Shown: positions 50,501 to 63,446 of the stretch, one piece after another
How the letters are laid out: each line of letters starts with the position of its first letter
Position numbering within the stretch: the first letter of the stretch is position 1
From: Podarcis pityusensis
Taxonomy: Eukaryota
Assembly (NCBI GenBank): GCA_964106645.2
Contig: OZ067044.1
DNA length: 64,000 nt
Direction: 5' to 3' (one strand)
Position numbers and translations under genes: made by a program
The notes under the pieces: generated by a model
Database searches by the model: none
What the model saw: only the letters and a program-made list of their open reading frames with translations
Told to the model about the DNA's origin: nothing

Positions 50501-51588
50501 TAACTTGCATCTTATGGCCTGATCCTGATTTTTTTAAAATAGAAAAACACCTTTTCTAATTGCTTTTATTATTGTACATTTTAATTATTTGTGAGCCGCC
50601 CAGTTAATAAACGTTAAACGTTAAAACGTTAAAAAAATATTCTGAACATGATGGGCAGGGGTGCTCATTATCCAAATCAGCCAGGTGGGCCCTATGGACA
50701 GGCAAATGGATTTGTGTGGTAGGGTGTGAGTAGAAGGCCCGAGGGATAACTATCCAAAATACTCTGCATGTTTTTCTTCAGATCTGTCTATTCTCATGTA
50801 CAGCAGGGAGATACAAGCCAATGTAGTAAAATCTCCACATACTTGACAACATGGCTGCTTTCAGGTTGGTCCGCAGATTACAGAATACGCTTTTTAGAAG
50901 AGGAACTGATTTTTATTTTTTTAAATGGAACACTAGCCTAGCAGAGTTTACTGAGCCAAACTGGAAGTCTGTACAACTCACTGTTGGGTAAAATAATGTT
51001 AAAAAACACAACAACACTGAAGGTTTATCATACTGGTTCACACCATCAAAAAGACTCTCTTCCTTTTTTAAAAATAACTAGGAATAGAAACTTAAAACTC
51101 ATTTAAAAAAAAAACATGGTACAATGAGATGGTTGGGTGGAAAACCAAAAATTGGCCTAGATTCTAAAATGTAGAAAAAGTTCCGCAATTGCTTCTGGTA
51201 TGTGAAGATAACAGTCATTTGGAAGAATATCATCATGTGTGTTTTTCTGTACTTTTTTTTTTGCCTAAGGCCTAAGAGTCAATGCAAGTGAAGTTTGTAG
51301 CTGAGACTGAACTTTCCACTTGACACCGATGGAAAGAGCTAATCCTGTTATATCTACACTGAATCATCTAAGAGGTATACCAGATTGAAGTGTTAACCTC
51401 CTGACCTTTTCTATAACTGTTTTAATTTGCTATGTCTGCAAATGAGGAAATTAAGTAGAACAGTCTCAGGATAACTAGTAGTGTTTACAGGAAAACTGCA
51501 ATTTTAAAAGGATTTGTAAAGCTGGAATGAAGTATTTCCTGGGGGAGTGAAGGCAGGGAGATGGAGGAGAAAGAGAGCTACACACTGC

Positions 51589-51764
51589 NNNNNNNNNNNN
51601 NNNNNNNNNNNNNNNNNNNNNNNNNNNNNNNNNNNNNNNNNNNNNNNNNNNNNNNNNNNNNNNNNNNNNNNNNNNNNNNNNNNNNNNNNNNNNNNNNNNN
51701 NNNNNNNNNNNNNNNNNNNNNNNNNNNNNNNNNNNNNNNNNNNNNNNNNNNNNNNNNNNNNNNN
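51589..51764. other. assembly gap (176 N)
   Basis: Run of N. Confidence 1.
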
Positions 51765-53463
51765 AGATTTACACACTGTACAACTCTCCACTAGGATGAG
51801 GTGGTCAGGCTCCAAGTATAAAGTTCCAAACTGTACAAAAATAATGTCTGATTCCTTCCCCCCACCCACCCGCCCCCATTCTTCATACATTCAGTAAGAT
51901 TGCAAACAGATACCCAAGTATAGATATCTGGAGTCGGGAATCATCACACACCCCTGAAAGGAATGCAAAATAGGTATTGTTTACAAAGGTCACTCTTGTG
52001 CATCAATACTGCATATTTTATGCATGCTGATCCAATAATGGCAATCTGCACATGGAAAACAAGCTTTCATGGGCATAGTGCCTTTCTGGATGCAGTCCCA
52101 TGAGCACAAAAGGGCACTGTGTGGGGGGCGGGGGCAGGGAAGAGAAAATTGCATCCAGCATCTGGGTGGTTGCAGTGTGGTACTCTTGTATCAAGTATGC
52201 ACTGCCAAACAGATGGATGATTCTTCTAACTTGAAGGCAGAGGAGCCGATTCCAAGAACCCACTCTGACATGAAATCAGCTGACAGTGCTGATCGTCTGG
52301 CAGTGGAGATCCTCATCCACTGCAGAACGCATGCAGCCTGCTGCTGCTTCGTGGAAAGATCTCTGGATCAGGGCCATAGTGTATAATTCAAACTAAAAAC
52401 AAAAGATATTAAACATCTAATATAAGGTAAGGTTGTTTTTTTTTTTTTGTAAAGAAAGGGAATATTTAATAGTGTGCCAAAAGAAATTTTAACTTATTAA
52501 ATTAAATAAAATACATTTTTTGGTGTAATTCAAACAGAAGAACAAAAAGAGCAAACCAAAGAATCAAAAAACAACAACAAAAACTTATATAGAGTTGTTT
52601 TCTCACCCAGCAACAGAAGCAATTATGTAGTTAAAATAATAAAACCCGCTAAGACTAAGCTATCCATAGTATATATGGTATTTCAGTGATTCACTAATAC
52701 TGCAAATGAAGCTTCTTTTTCAACGACAGACTGGCTTCTTTATGCTCTCTGGGTAGGAATTGGGCATCCTCCCCCAAACAAGAAGGGCTGAGTGTTTTTT
52801 ATAGCATAAATCCTGAGCACACTCATTTTTTTAAGGAGGTGGGGATTGGGGGGGGGGGCAGGGAGAAGAGACAGAGAAAATAGACCATTTAATTACAGGG
52901 TTTTCTTTTAAAAAATAATTGTTTGTTTTTTTCTGAATGCATCATTACTTGAGGTATTTAGAACCTTCCTCAGAATTCAAGGCAATGCCTTCTTCTCAAC
53001 TAACTCTTTTTGGGCAGTGAAAGTAAGGGCTGGCCAATACCCGTTTCAATTCTGTACTCTAGTGAAAAAATATCTCATTGCTTCAGGACCTTCCTGCCAC
53101 ATACAAAATAACGCAACACCTCATTTTATCCACCTTTTTCTTCCGATACAGTACTAGCCAATGATAAAGTAGAAGACAAAAGTTTGGTAGTGCACTCCAT
53201 TATAGTTTTTTTTTTAGTTCGTGTATATAAAGAAATATAATATATATATTTATAATCTATATATGGAGAAAGGAAATTTGTTCAATGCTTAACATACAGT
53301 ACTTCTTTAATTTTTTTTAAAAAAACCTTGACAATAAAAAGAAGTTCTCCTCAAGCTTTAGTCCCACTCTTTTCTGAGCGTTGGACTTTTAAATTCGTTT
53401 AGAGCATCCATAAAACCCAGATGTCCCAAAGTAAATACAATTCCAGTGTCAATGAGCATCTCT

Positions 53464-53622
53464 TCAAAATTCATCAATCTTCCTCTGCAAATATTTCAAC
53501 ATTGAGTCCATTCCTTGAGCAGAACCCCAAATTTTCTTTAGAACTTCACACTCCTTGTCATTTGCTTGTTCCAAGTCCACCTTCATAATACTACGAACTA
53601 AACCTTTGGATTCTTCAAGTAC
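53464..53622 (-). CDS. CDYL: chromodomain Y-like protein, terminal coding exon
   Basis: tgtag|VLEESKGLVRSIMKVDLEQANDKECEVLKKIWGSAQGMDSMLKYLQRKIDEF*, the CDYL crotonase-fold C-terminus. Confidence 0.95.
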   Translation of the reverse strand, partial: VLEESKGLVRSIMKVDLEQANDKECEVLKKIWGSAQGMDSMLKYLQRKIDEF

Positions 53623-54254
53623 CTACATAAAATGAAGAAGATACAATAAGCATGTGGTTATACGAAACAGGAAATATGGCGTGGTTAGGCATAGTGCAAA
53701 GATGAGTGTGTGTTGTACACTCATTGGTTAGGGCAGGTGGCTTCATGTCGTGGGTGGAGGACACTGCCCCCTTTGCAATATATGAGAGGAAGGGTGAAGC
53801 TCAATGGCAGCTATTCTGTTGCAAATGACAATTTTAATGATCATTTTGGCTGCTGTACGTTTTCACTGTATATATTGATGGAGGCCACCATCCAATATAT
53901 CAATACTTATATAAATAATTAAATTATAAGAGAAAGAGAGCAGGTAACAGGCGCTGCAAACAGAGGCACCTCGCCACCAAACACAATACATAGCCACACT
54001 AAGGGAGGAGACAGATCACTGAGGGACGGGAGAACTGAATTTTACCCATTCCTGTGTTAAGTGAATGGCTACCATTTGTTTCCATGAGGGAAGGGAATCA
54101 AGGCATGCATAGTCTTCGAGTGGGGGTTTACCCCTCTCTGCATTTACCTGATCTGCTTTCTGTTTCTCAGCCATGCTTGAGAGGGATGGAATGTTGGGAA
54201 ATGGCTGGCTAACATGGACAGAGAGAGACTTGAGGAGTCCCTAAGCTTTATCCA

Positions 54255-54603
54255 GGGTGGCGCTGTGGGTTAAACCACTGAGCCTAGGACTTGCCGATCA
54301 GAAGATCGGTGGTTTGAATCCCCGCGACGGGGTGAGCTCCCGTTGCTCGGTCCCTGCTCCTGCCAACCTAGCAGTTCGAAAGCACGTCAAAGTGCAAGTA
54401 GATAAATAGGTACCGCTCTGGTGGGAAGGTAAACAGCATTTCATTGCGCTTCGCTGGTTCACCAGAAGCAGCTTAGTCATGCTGGCCACATGACCCGGAA
54501 GCTGTCTGCGGACAAACGGCGGCTCCTTCGGCCAGTAAAGCGAGATGAGCGCCACACCCCAGAGTCAGCCACGACTGGACCTAATGGTCAGGGGTCCCTT
54601 TAC
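54255..54603 (+). mobile_element. Sauria SINE in the last intron of CDYL
   Basis: Matches the family; TSD CTTTATCCA at 54246-54254 and 54604-54612. Confidence 0.92.
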
Positions 54604-55009
54604 CTTTATCCAAGGACAGCCCAGCCTCCTCCACCTCAGCTTTCCCAACCTGATCAGGAGGGTCTGAAGGGGAACTGTGAGCAGGCTCAACTAAATGTGT
54701 TTACAGTTCACTGCACAATCAGGGACATTACGCACAATCATAATATTTGGTAACTAGAAAGATGTAATTCTTCCTCCAAGTTAAATAGGCCATTGCTCTC
54801 TTTGTCTGCCACATGGAGAGTAGAAATGAGCAAGTCATGAGCACCTGTCAGATGGATGAAGGGAAACACCTCAAAGCTGATGGTAAGGTCGTCTACGCCA
54901 GCTGAGCTGAAGATAAGCTGGCATAGCTTGCTTATCCTGGCCCAGCCAGCTAAGCTGAATGCAAGCCTCTTCAAAAGGAGTGCAACCAGAGGGTTAAGAA
55001 GTAGGCTTC

Positions 55010-55140
55010 AGACATCTGAAGGCAGCCCTGTTTAGGGAAGCTTTAAAAGTTTGATGGACTATTGTATTTTAATATTTTGTTGGAAGCCACCCAGAGTGGC
55101 TGGGGAAACCCAGCCAGATGGGCAGGGTATAAATAATAAA

Positions 55141-55179
<39 letters not shown>

Positions 55180-55189
55180 TATTATTATT
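55010..55189 (+). mobile_element. L2 3' end with (TTA)n tail, same family as 34950-35547
   Basis: AGACATCTGAAGGCAGCCCTGTTT.GGGAAGCTTT..CCCAGAGTGGC.GGGGAA.CCCAGCCAGATGGGC.GGGTATAAATAATAAA. Confidence 0.88.
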
Positions 55190-56388
55190 GTGACCTAGCA
55201 ACTTGGCTTGTTTTCCTTCCGCAGAACAGCAGCAGCTGCCTCACTGCTGAACAGGATTTGGATCTGGTGTAACTCTATGCTGACAACTTACACCAGCTTG
55301 CTTTATGCAGGCTTCCTGTGCATACAATTGCTCCCCAAATGCCTTAACTGTGCTGGAACCCAGGTGTGTGAGTTTAAGAATTATGACAGAAAAATAGTAT
55401 TTTCAGTAATGATTATGTAACGCAGAAAAAAACCAAATAATGTTTGTTGCATCTCTGACTCTGGTTCATTAATAAGAAGCTCAACCTATGCATAGCGTAG
55501 CCAAGAGGGTTGCATTGAATACTATTTTTTATTATGTAAGTAGGACTTATGCAGGGTGGAACCCTGTAGATTTAACCCTAAATATTTCTTTGTTGTGATG
55601 GCAGGGTGGTGGGGGGTTGGTTATTTTTGGTCTGTCTTATCCAAGCAAATATAAACAGAAACAAAACACCACTTTGGACACTCTGTTCAAATATCAAAGC
55701 AGTTAAAAGGAGCTCTTTCTATCTACAGTTTAGAACAAGATATTTTTGGCTAGCTACCTCAGTACAACTGTGATCCTTACTCTAAAATGTAAGACTAACT
55801 TTATAAAGCTGCCGAACTTCACTTTCCAGATTTATATAAAAATTCCCACAACATGTGAAAGAGCTTATTTAAAAGCTGTATTACAAGTGTGGACAGCTTT
55901 CAGGTGGACATTAGGATAGTTAAATGTTCACGGGATCAGTTCACACTCACTCCCCCCTCCAAACAAGCTGTTCCATGATGTAGTTGGGCATGACTTTATG
56001 CAGATACAACAGCTATTCTTGCATTCATGGCCACTGGGGAAAATGCTGGCATAATTACGGAAATTGCTTCTACCTGCATATTTTTAAATTTAATTTAATT
56101 ATTGTTTGATTTTATACCCATGTTATATATCTGATGTTAGCTGCCCTGAGCCTAACTTCGGCTGGGGAGGGCGGGATATAAATAAAAGTTTGTTATTTAT
56201 AATGTTGTTGTTGTTGTTATCACACAACCCAATTGGCTTCCCCATGTTTTGGGGCGTATTCAGGGCTTAGGAGGGCTCAGCCCTGCTCAAACACTGAGAA
56301 AATTCACTATGCGAAGTGTTCCTTAGCCACTATAATAACTACAAATCACTTATTCAGCCTTAAGTGAAATAAGGTAAAAGAAACTTAC

Positions 56389-56532
56389 AACTGAATTACA
56401 TGTGACAAGTTCCTTAATTCGAACCATGACTTCTTGTGTGAATGTTCCTGGCCAAAAAACTTGCGACACCAGTCCCTTGGCACATGCTTCTTGTGCAGTC
56501 AGCTTCCTTCCACTGAATAACATTTCATTCGC
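56389..56532 (-). CDS. CDYL: CDYL penultimate coding exon (upstream exons lie beyond the window)
   Basis: cctcag|ANEMLFSGRKLTAQEACAKGLVSQVFWPGTFTQEVMVRIKELVTCNSV|gtaagt, 144 nt, phase 0-0. Confidence 0.95.
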
Positions 56533-59500
56533 CTGAGGAAAATAGCAATGTTTTTTTGTAACATGAAATATGATGAGGTTATCAAAACATTTTGAATACA
56601 AACCTTGCTGTTTCTAGAAATGCCTCTACAGGTTGGAACAATTTACTGGCCTGGACTATTTCTTCTTGTTTTGTTTTTCCTTTTCCATGGACTGAAACAA
56701 AATCAAAGACTAAATCTACCACTAATAAATATTTGGTGCTAGCGTGCAAGGCCCTGTCTAGAAGTGACACAGTTACAGTGCAAGGGGTTTGGCATGGCAT
56801 ACAATTTAGGTCTCTCAACTGAATTGCTTTTAAAATGTGCACTCTGCTAAAATCTCAGTATAGATCTTTGCATCAGATAATGAAGGAATTGGGAAACAAC
56901 CATTAAAGAAAGAAAGAAAAATCCCAAACATTCTTAGAAAGGTATTTTTTAAAATATATTTTCTTCGCTGTCCTCATCATTGTTGAATAAACGATCAAAA
57001 CAAGCAAGTATGCCCTTAATTACAACCTTCACTGATTCAGACTGGCTTAGTTGATTGACCAGCCAATTAAAGCCTGTAGCACTAGAGAAGCATGAAAGCA
57101 AATGGCATGGTGGGATAAACAGAAACTCTGCATAAGCAGCAGATACTAAATGATGATGCCAAAAATTTGCTTAATAAATAAATAATGCTCTTAAAAACTT
57201 TTTTTATCCTGTAAATATATTACATACTTGAAAGATCCTGCAAATACAATGAGTTTCACATTTTTAATTGGCTTGAATCTAGACAGTATTATTCATCTTT
57301 AATTATGAAAATTTGGTATATTTTCATATTGGATGCCGATGAGAATTGCACACCCAAATTCCTCACATCAATGGATCTTGTAGGTAAAGTTGTTGGTGCC
57401 AAAGTAAGGTAAACACATACTGCATTGTGACATATCCATTTATAATAAGAGACTATGGGGACAAGTAGTGCATAAATCATCCAAATAAATAAATAAATAC
57501 CTAACTTGTTCCTGAAACAGAGCTCGCTCCATTCAATGAGAGCATCTCTTCTTTTTTTAGACTGAGACAAAGCATTATTATAGGCAGATCACAAACTTTG
57601 AAACAAAAGTTTGTAAAAATAGGCACTTTGATTTCTGTTGTTCTTGTTTAATCTGGAAAGTAGTCTAGTTCGTACAGGTAAAATTGAGAACAATTTCCAC
57701 TTGAAATCATTTCAGCTAGCAGGACTTTGGCTTAAATGATCCAGTGCTATCACAGTCCGCTGCCCATTTAAGTTTCAGCCAAACACCCACTTGCATACAT
57801 TTGAGTATCAAACTTCTTTGTGCATCAGATTATGGCATACTGTTTTTTTCAGTGAAAGCCATGTTTGATTGCACGCAACACAAGCAAGTTTGGGTGAGGA
57901 CACAAATGCCAATTTTTATTTTTATGACTTCAGAAATGGGACAAATTGGGGGCCAAACAGGACAGGGGGCTCTGTACTGCCAAAATGGTACTGTTCCCCT
58001 TTTAAAGGGAAGGGGTGGCAACCCTGGTTCCAATGCAACTGAGCTGCTACTTCTTACATAAAATACTGGGGATGCCAATTGTTATACAAGTTACCATGCA
58101 AATATTATAGATGTATTTTAATTTGGACACACTAGCTTTTCAGACTTTAAAATAATGGCTTGAATGGATTTAAACTGTGATAAAAATTTCAGATATTGTG
58201 AAAACTGAAATATGGATAGTGAATTCAAATTAATTTGTGAACTAAACATGATGCATGAAAAGAGCCGACAGACTGAACATATTTTAGCATGACTAATACT
58301 TGGTTAAATAATGGAGTGGCTTTGAGCCATATCACAAAATGACTCACAGACATGCAAATGGGCGTCCCCAAGTTTACAAATGTGCAAGCTAAGGCTCAAG
58401 AATATAAGATCCTCTCTCATGGCTGTGGGGTGAAACAGTGCTAGTGTTGCACAAGAAAGCCCACAAACCTTTGATTTGTAGCCATAGTCTCACCAAAATG
58501 TGTTATCTAATATCCAACCGCACAGTCACTATCAAATATACCATAAAAAAGATGTTTATATATGATTTTTTAATGTGTTAAAGATCCCTGATGCCAGGAA
58601 ATGTAAAGCTTTTTTTTTAAAGTGTGTTATACAAGTTGAAAGGGGAAGCTGTGAATCATATAAACAAGCCGTGCAAAATTCCAAAATGCATGTACACATT
58701 CATAAACTCAAAGCATGATGAAGACCCTCACCCAGGAGTCCAAAACTCAACTAGCATTGTTGCAACTTCCTGAAATCAAAGCATTTTTTTTTACTCTTTG
58801 GAGGGTTGAAGAAATTTGAATAATTAATACAGAGACTGTAACGAGATAGCCACACAAAGGACTTCTCACAACAAAGGACACCCAAAATGTCACCAGCGTT
58901 ATCACAAAATCAAATCAGTGCTACTATTTACATATGCCATTCAGCTCAGTTTACAAGCTTGCTAAACTGCAATAGTTCCACTGATGTCACTAACATCCAA
59001 ATCTTGACAGGACCATTACTATCCAAAGGAGGTATTTACACGCCCAAAGAATGTTCTGCATGAGCATCTATGGAAATGTGATTACAGCTGTAAAATCACA
59101 GGAGGTTTGGAAATTCCTTTTTTTAAAAAAAATAAAAAAGGGGGGGAAAGGAGAAGCAGCAGCTTTAACAATTCCTATACATCTCAAGAAAGAAAATGTA
59201 AAAAGGCAGGGGGAAGGGTGTATGAAAACACCAGGCTTCAAACAAGAAGCTGTGATTAGATATCAGAGGTTTTCCTATTATTATGTTATCTGAACATGCC
59301 AGAATGCAGATATAAGCATTTCAGTGCATGAGAAAATATGAGCAAAAACTGAGCTGTCAACTTTTAAAGATGCCAACTGATTAGACAGAAACTCTATTCA
59401 AATGTCATCAATTTTACCCTGTGTAATTAAATGCATTTCTAAACCTATGAGAGTTTTATCAGCAGGAGCTTGCAGAGAGGAAGACTAAATTTAAGCAAAC

Positions 59501-60262
59501 GTTACTTCAACAAAAATGAACGGTTCAGCCACATGTGTTTACAATGGTATTCAAGACCAATTAAATGTCATTTATCATTACAAATGATACTGTTCCTTTT
59601 TGACAATGGGAAATCTGATCACAGATCTGCCATGTAATGTGTAGTTTAGCCTTCCTGGGAAGCCAAATCCCATGACAAATATTTCAGTGCTGCTTATTTC
59701 TGTCTATCCTGGGGAGGGGAGAAACGACTACATTGGCATTTTTATTATCGTCTATTCCTAGCTCAAGCAAGTCTGAAATATCTGTGAAGACCGCACTGTA
59801 GGTCTATCAATGAGAAGCAATGCCCAGCCAACGGATTATTTTGCCCTTTACAATCATGCATCTTGGCTCTGAGTATTTGAAGACTTGTTCCCTGCCTTGC
59901 TAGACTTTTCCCACCTGGCCTGGGAGGGTGGGGCCCTGACAGCTACAAAAGCTGAGGCTGCTGAACAGAATCCTTGGGTCGGGTATTGTTTGGGCGGGAG
60001 GTCGTTGCTGTTAATTTTTTGTGCCTTTATGTGGCTCTTATATTGTTTAGTTTGGTTGTGTACTTTTTGATGTTTTGTCTACTGTTTATGACTACTTTTG
60101 TTATGTTTGGAGTTACATAATTTTCCATATGTTGTAAGCTGCCTTGAGCATGGTGTAAACTTTGGCAATACAAATAAAATGACTGATTGATGTATGTATG
60201 CAAAGACTGAATATATTTTTATTTATTCCAGAAATAATACACAAAGCTTTATTATTTTTATA

Positions 60263-60600
60263 CAGTGGTGCCCCGCAAGACGAATGCCTCGCAAGACGAA
60301 AAACCCGCTAGACGAAAGGGTTTTCCGTTTTTCGATGCGCTTCGCAGGACGAATTTCCCTATGGGCTTGCTTCGCAAGATGAAAATGTCTTGCGAATCTT
60401 GAGATTTTTTTCGCTTTCCCCCCCTTTTTCTAATCCGCTAATCCGCTAATAGCCTTTTAGCCACTAAGCCGCTAAACCTTTAATAGCTGCTAAACCGCTA
60501 ATAGCGCTAATCCGCTAATAGGGTTGCTTCGCAAGACGGGAAAACCGCTAGACGAAGAGACTCGCGGAACGGATTAATTTCGTCTTGCGAGGCACCACTG
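60263..60600 (+). mobile_element. 338-bp MITE derived from the 41776-44950 Tigger family
   Basis: Same TIRs and subterminal sequence as the large element, in opposite orientation; TA at 60261-60262 and 60601-60602. Confidence 0.93.
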
Positions 60601-61779
60601 TACTAAGACTTCTTTATCTAATAATGTGGAAATGGTACCAACTGGGTGAATCTGATCATTCCTGGATAAAATTACAAGCATGTTGGGATAAGCAATAAAG
60701 TAATGTCTACAAATGGAGACCATTTGTCTACAAATGGAGACCATATTGTACCTGACAATATCCATATTCCAACAAACAATTCGCTCCACTTTTCCATTCA
60801 CAATGAATCAGATAATCCAGAGTCTATTCTTTCTTATTAGAACCTGAGCAGGCAAGTTTCTTCCTGAATACTAATTCTATTGCATGGCATCTATGGCGTT
60901 GCTTATACTTTTTCTCCAATTTAGTAAGTTTTTCAAGATCCTGTATTCATTCTCCAAGGACTTTTAAACAAGGGCTGCCTGACTAATAAATATATCCCAC
61001 ATTAATATCTTGAAGGCATTCCCTCATGTCCTATTCATCACTAAAATGATCTATCACTAATTCATTAAATTTCATAGATATAGGGGGAAGTGATCTAGCT
61101 AAAGTGATTCAAAAACTTGTAGAATTTTGTAAATTATATATACATTTGAATCTCTAGACAAGGGGAGTATCAATAACGGTTTAAACTCTCTATGACACTG
61201 GAAGTTAAGGTCTACGAAAGCTTTGGGGGGAGGCACAACTACCAAGACTCCAGGCTGTGATTAATATAAGCTAGGCACCAAATGTCTCCTTAAATCAGGG
61301 TTACAGTTGCCAAAACGGAATGCCTAGTTGCTGTTTTGGGGCCAGATGCCTCAAAAGTCATATTTTTTAATATAACTTTTGGTTCCTGAAATTTGTTCTG
61401 ATTGTGCAGATAAAATATCAGAGAGAGAATTCAACAGGATGTGTTGTTAGTATGTGAAAACCGTCAGGATCCAAGGATCCCCAGGCATGCACCTCCAGAT
61501 AGTAGAGACATCAGGTGCCATCCTGGCACCTGGGTATCTCCACTTGGTTGCAAGTGGCCGATGACCAGGTACAAAATGCACCTGGCAAATTTTGAACGCT
61601 GCATGTATTGTATTTGCAGGATGTGTACATTCTTTTACTTCCATCCTGATACATACTCCTTAATGAAAGTATACATTCATCCTGACCAAATTAAGCTATT
61701 AACAAACAAGCTAACATACATAAATTATATTTCAGACAAAGAAAATCAACACAGCTAAATACATAAAAAACGTTTGATT

Positions 61780-62640
61780 AATCAGTATGAGAATTTTTTA
61801 CATTTCCGAAGCCCTTGTTAATTATATTTAGTTTTGATCTCGCATCTCTTTATGACATAGAAACTGGATCACTTATTTGAATCTGAGGGCTGATGGCTTC
61901 TACTCTGAAAGTTTTCTATTGTACATGGGCATATGTCAGGGGTATCCACTCTTCCCATTACTGTTTGCTATAAATATGGCCAATGACTGTAGTAGTAAGA
62001 AAAGAACCCATTACTTTCAAGGCTGTTAATCAAAAGGACAGAGAATTTAGCATAAGAAGCTTTTCTGCTATTTGTCTAGTCCAGAAGAGTCAATCTCAGC
62101 ATTACTTGCAGAAACAGAACCATTAAGGAACGTATCCAGACTTAACATTAATTGCAGTGGGTTGGATCCAAAGGTTCTCTTCCGCTGGAATGACTCCTTT
62201 AGAGAATTGGAACCTTTGGGTCTGACCTAGTTAAGTCTGAATTATGTAATATGGGTATTCCTCCAGGCTGCTCTGCTAAATTACAGAGTACTGAATGTTT
62301 CTCCTGGGCAGGTATACGGTGGAAGTACTGCACCTCGGAATATATATATGTTTGACTCAATAGGAAACATTTCATGCAAATAATTTCCCTTCAAGCAGCT
62401 TTAAATGTGGAAAGATTTAAAAGCTTGGACAAGGTGCAAGTTACTTCTAACTGGCACATGGCTGCTATTTGCTTAATGGTGCTCAAGTGCTACCTAATTC
62501 TGTTTCACTTGCCAGGACATTACTGATAGATACTTACAGGCCAAGATGTTTCTGGTTAAATACCCTACAATTGTAAGGCTATTTTGAAATGGAGGCCTGG
62601 GATCACGGAACCAGCTTTATTACAAAGCACAACAACTTAG
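61780..62640 (+). mobile_element. ancient decayed L1/Tx1-like reverse-transcriptase fragment in a CDYL intron
   Basis: CAGGGGTATCCACTCTTCCCATTACTGTTTGCT = QGYPLFPLLFA (RT QGCPLSPLLF motif) at about 61937-61970; GGLG-like remnant at about 62590; many stops; boundaries approximate. Confidence 0.5.
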
Positions 62641-63039
62641 TCACCTATTCAATTTTATGAACACTTCAAAGAACAAACCGTTTTTTATCTTTAGAGGATT
62701 TTACAGGGCCATGTTTCCCTTTCAAAGTTGCAATGGTCCTTCCAGCTAAAGGTAAGGCCAAAGAGTTAAAGGCACACCCATAAACTAAGGCACAGGCCTT
62801 CAACTAGTAGGTCAGGACCCCAAACTCGGTTGTCAATAGCAACATCACCAGTTAGTTGTCTTAAAAAGAAAGAAATAAGCCATCACCTTAAGAGGAGAGA
62901 GGGGGGGGGGAGGGAAGGGGGAGGAGATTGAAATATGGATCTATATAGTAAAATAAATAAAAGTGGCTCTATGCTTCTATATTCATAAACCCAACACCTA
63001 GGTTACTGCACCCTGCCATTCAATAGGCCTAAGGATATC

Positions 63040-63177
63040 GTTGCCTTGGGATAACTCAGTCGGTAAAGCATGAGACTTTTATTGTGGTTTCAAAGCCCTA
63101 CGATGGGCAAAAATTCCTGCATTGCAGGGGATTGGACTAGATGACCCTCATGGTCCCTTCCAACTCTACGATTCTAC
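63040..63177 (+). mobile_element. tRNA-derived short SINE with CR1-type tail
   Basis: TAACTCAGTCGGTAAAGCATGAGACT head plus TTCCTGCATTGCAGGGGATTGGACTAGATGACCCT..CCTTCCAACTCTACGATTCTA; tail-only relatives at about 15536-15582 and 27700-27767. Confidence 0.75.
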
Positions 63178-63310
63178 AGGTCACATGCTGCCAGAAGGGG
63201 TGACAAGCGTGTCATGAGTCTGAAAAAGTTGTCCAGAAGAAGAAATGGAAGACAATGATTGATTGATTAGATGCAGTGGGACATAATTGACATTTCCACA
63301 ACGCTAACAG

Positions 63311-63446
63311 CAGGCATAGGTAATCTCGGTCCTCCAGATGTTTTGGGACTACAACTCCCATCATCCCTGACCACTGGTCCTATTAGCTAGGGATGATGGG
63401 AGTTGTAGTCCCAAAACATCTGGAGGGCCGAGGTTGCCTATGCCTG
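63311..63446. mobile_element. palindromic hAT-type MITE (136 bp)
   Basis: About 59-bp arms CAGGCATAGG..CATCATCCCT / AGGGATGATG..CCTATGCCTG; 8-bp TSD G(C/A)TAACAG at 63303-63310 and 63447-63454. Confidence 0.88.

Noticed and set aside
51504-51897. ORFs spanning poly-X
   Set aside because: Artefacts of the N gap
60703-60744. 21-bp tandem duplication (TGTCTACAAATGGAGACCAT x2), and similar short ones at about 32411 and 8551
   Set aside because: Ordinary local slippage duplications with no further structure
63040-63110. tRNA gene
   Set aside because: Only a decayed tRNA-like head fused to a CR1-type tail, i.e. a SINE
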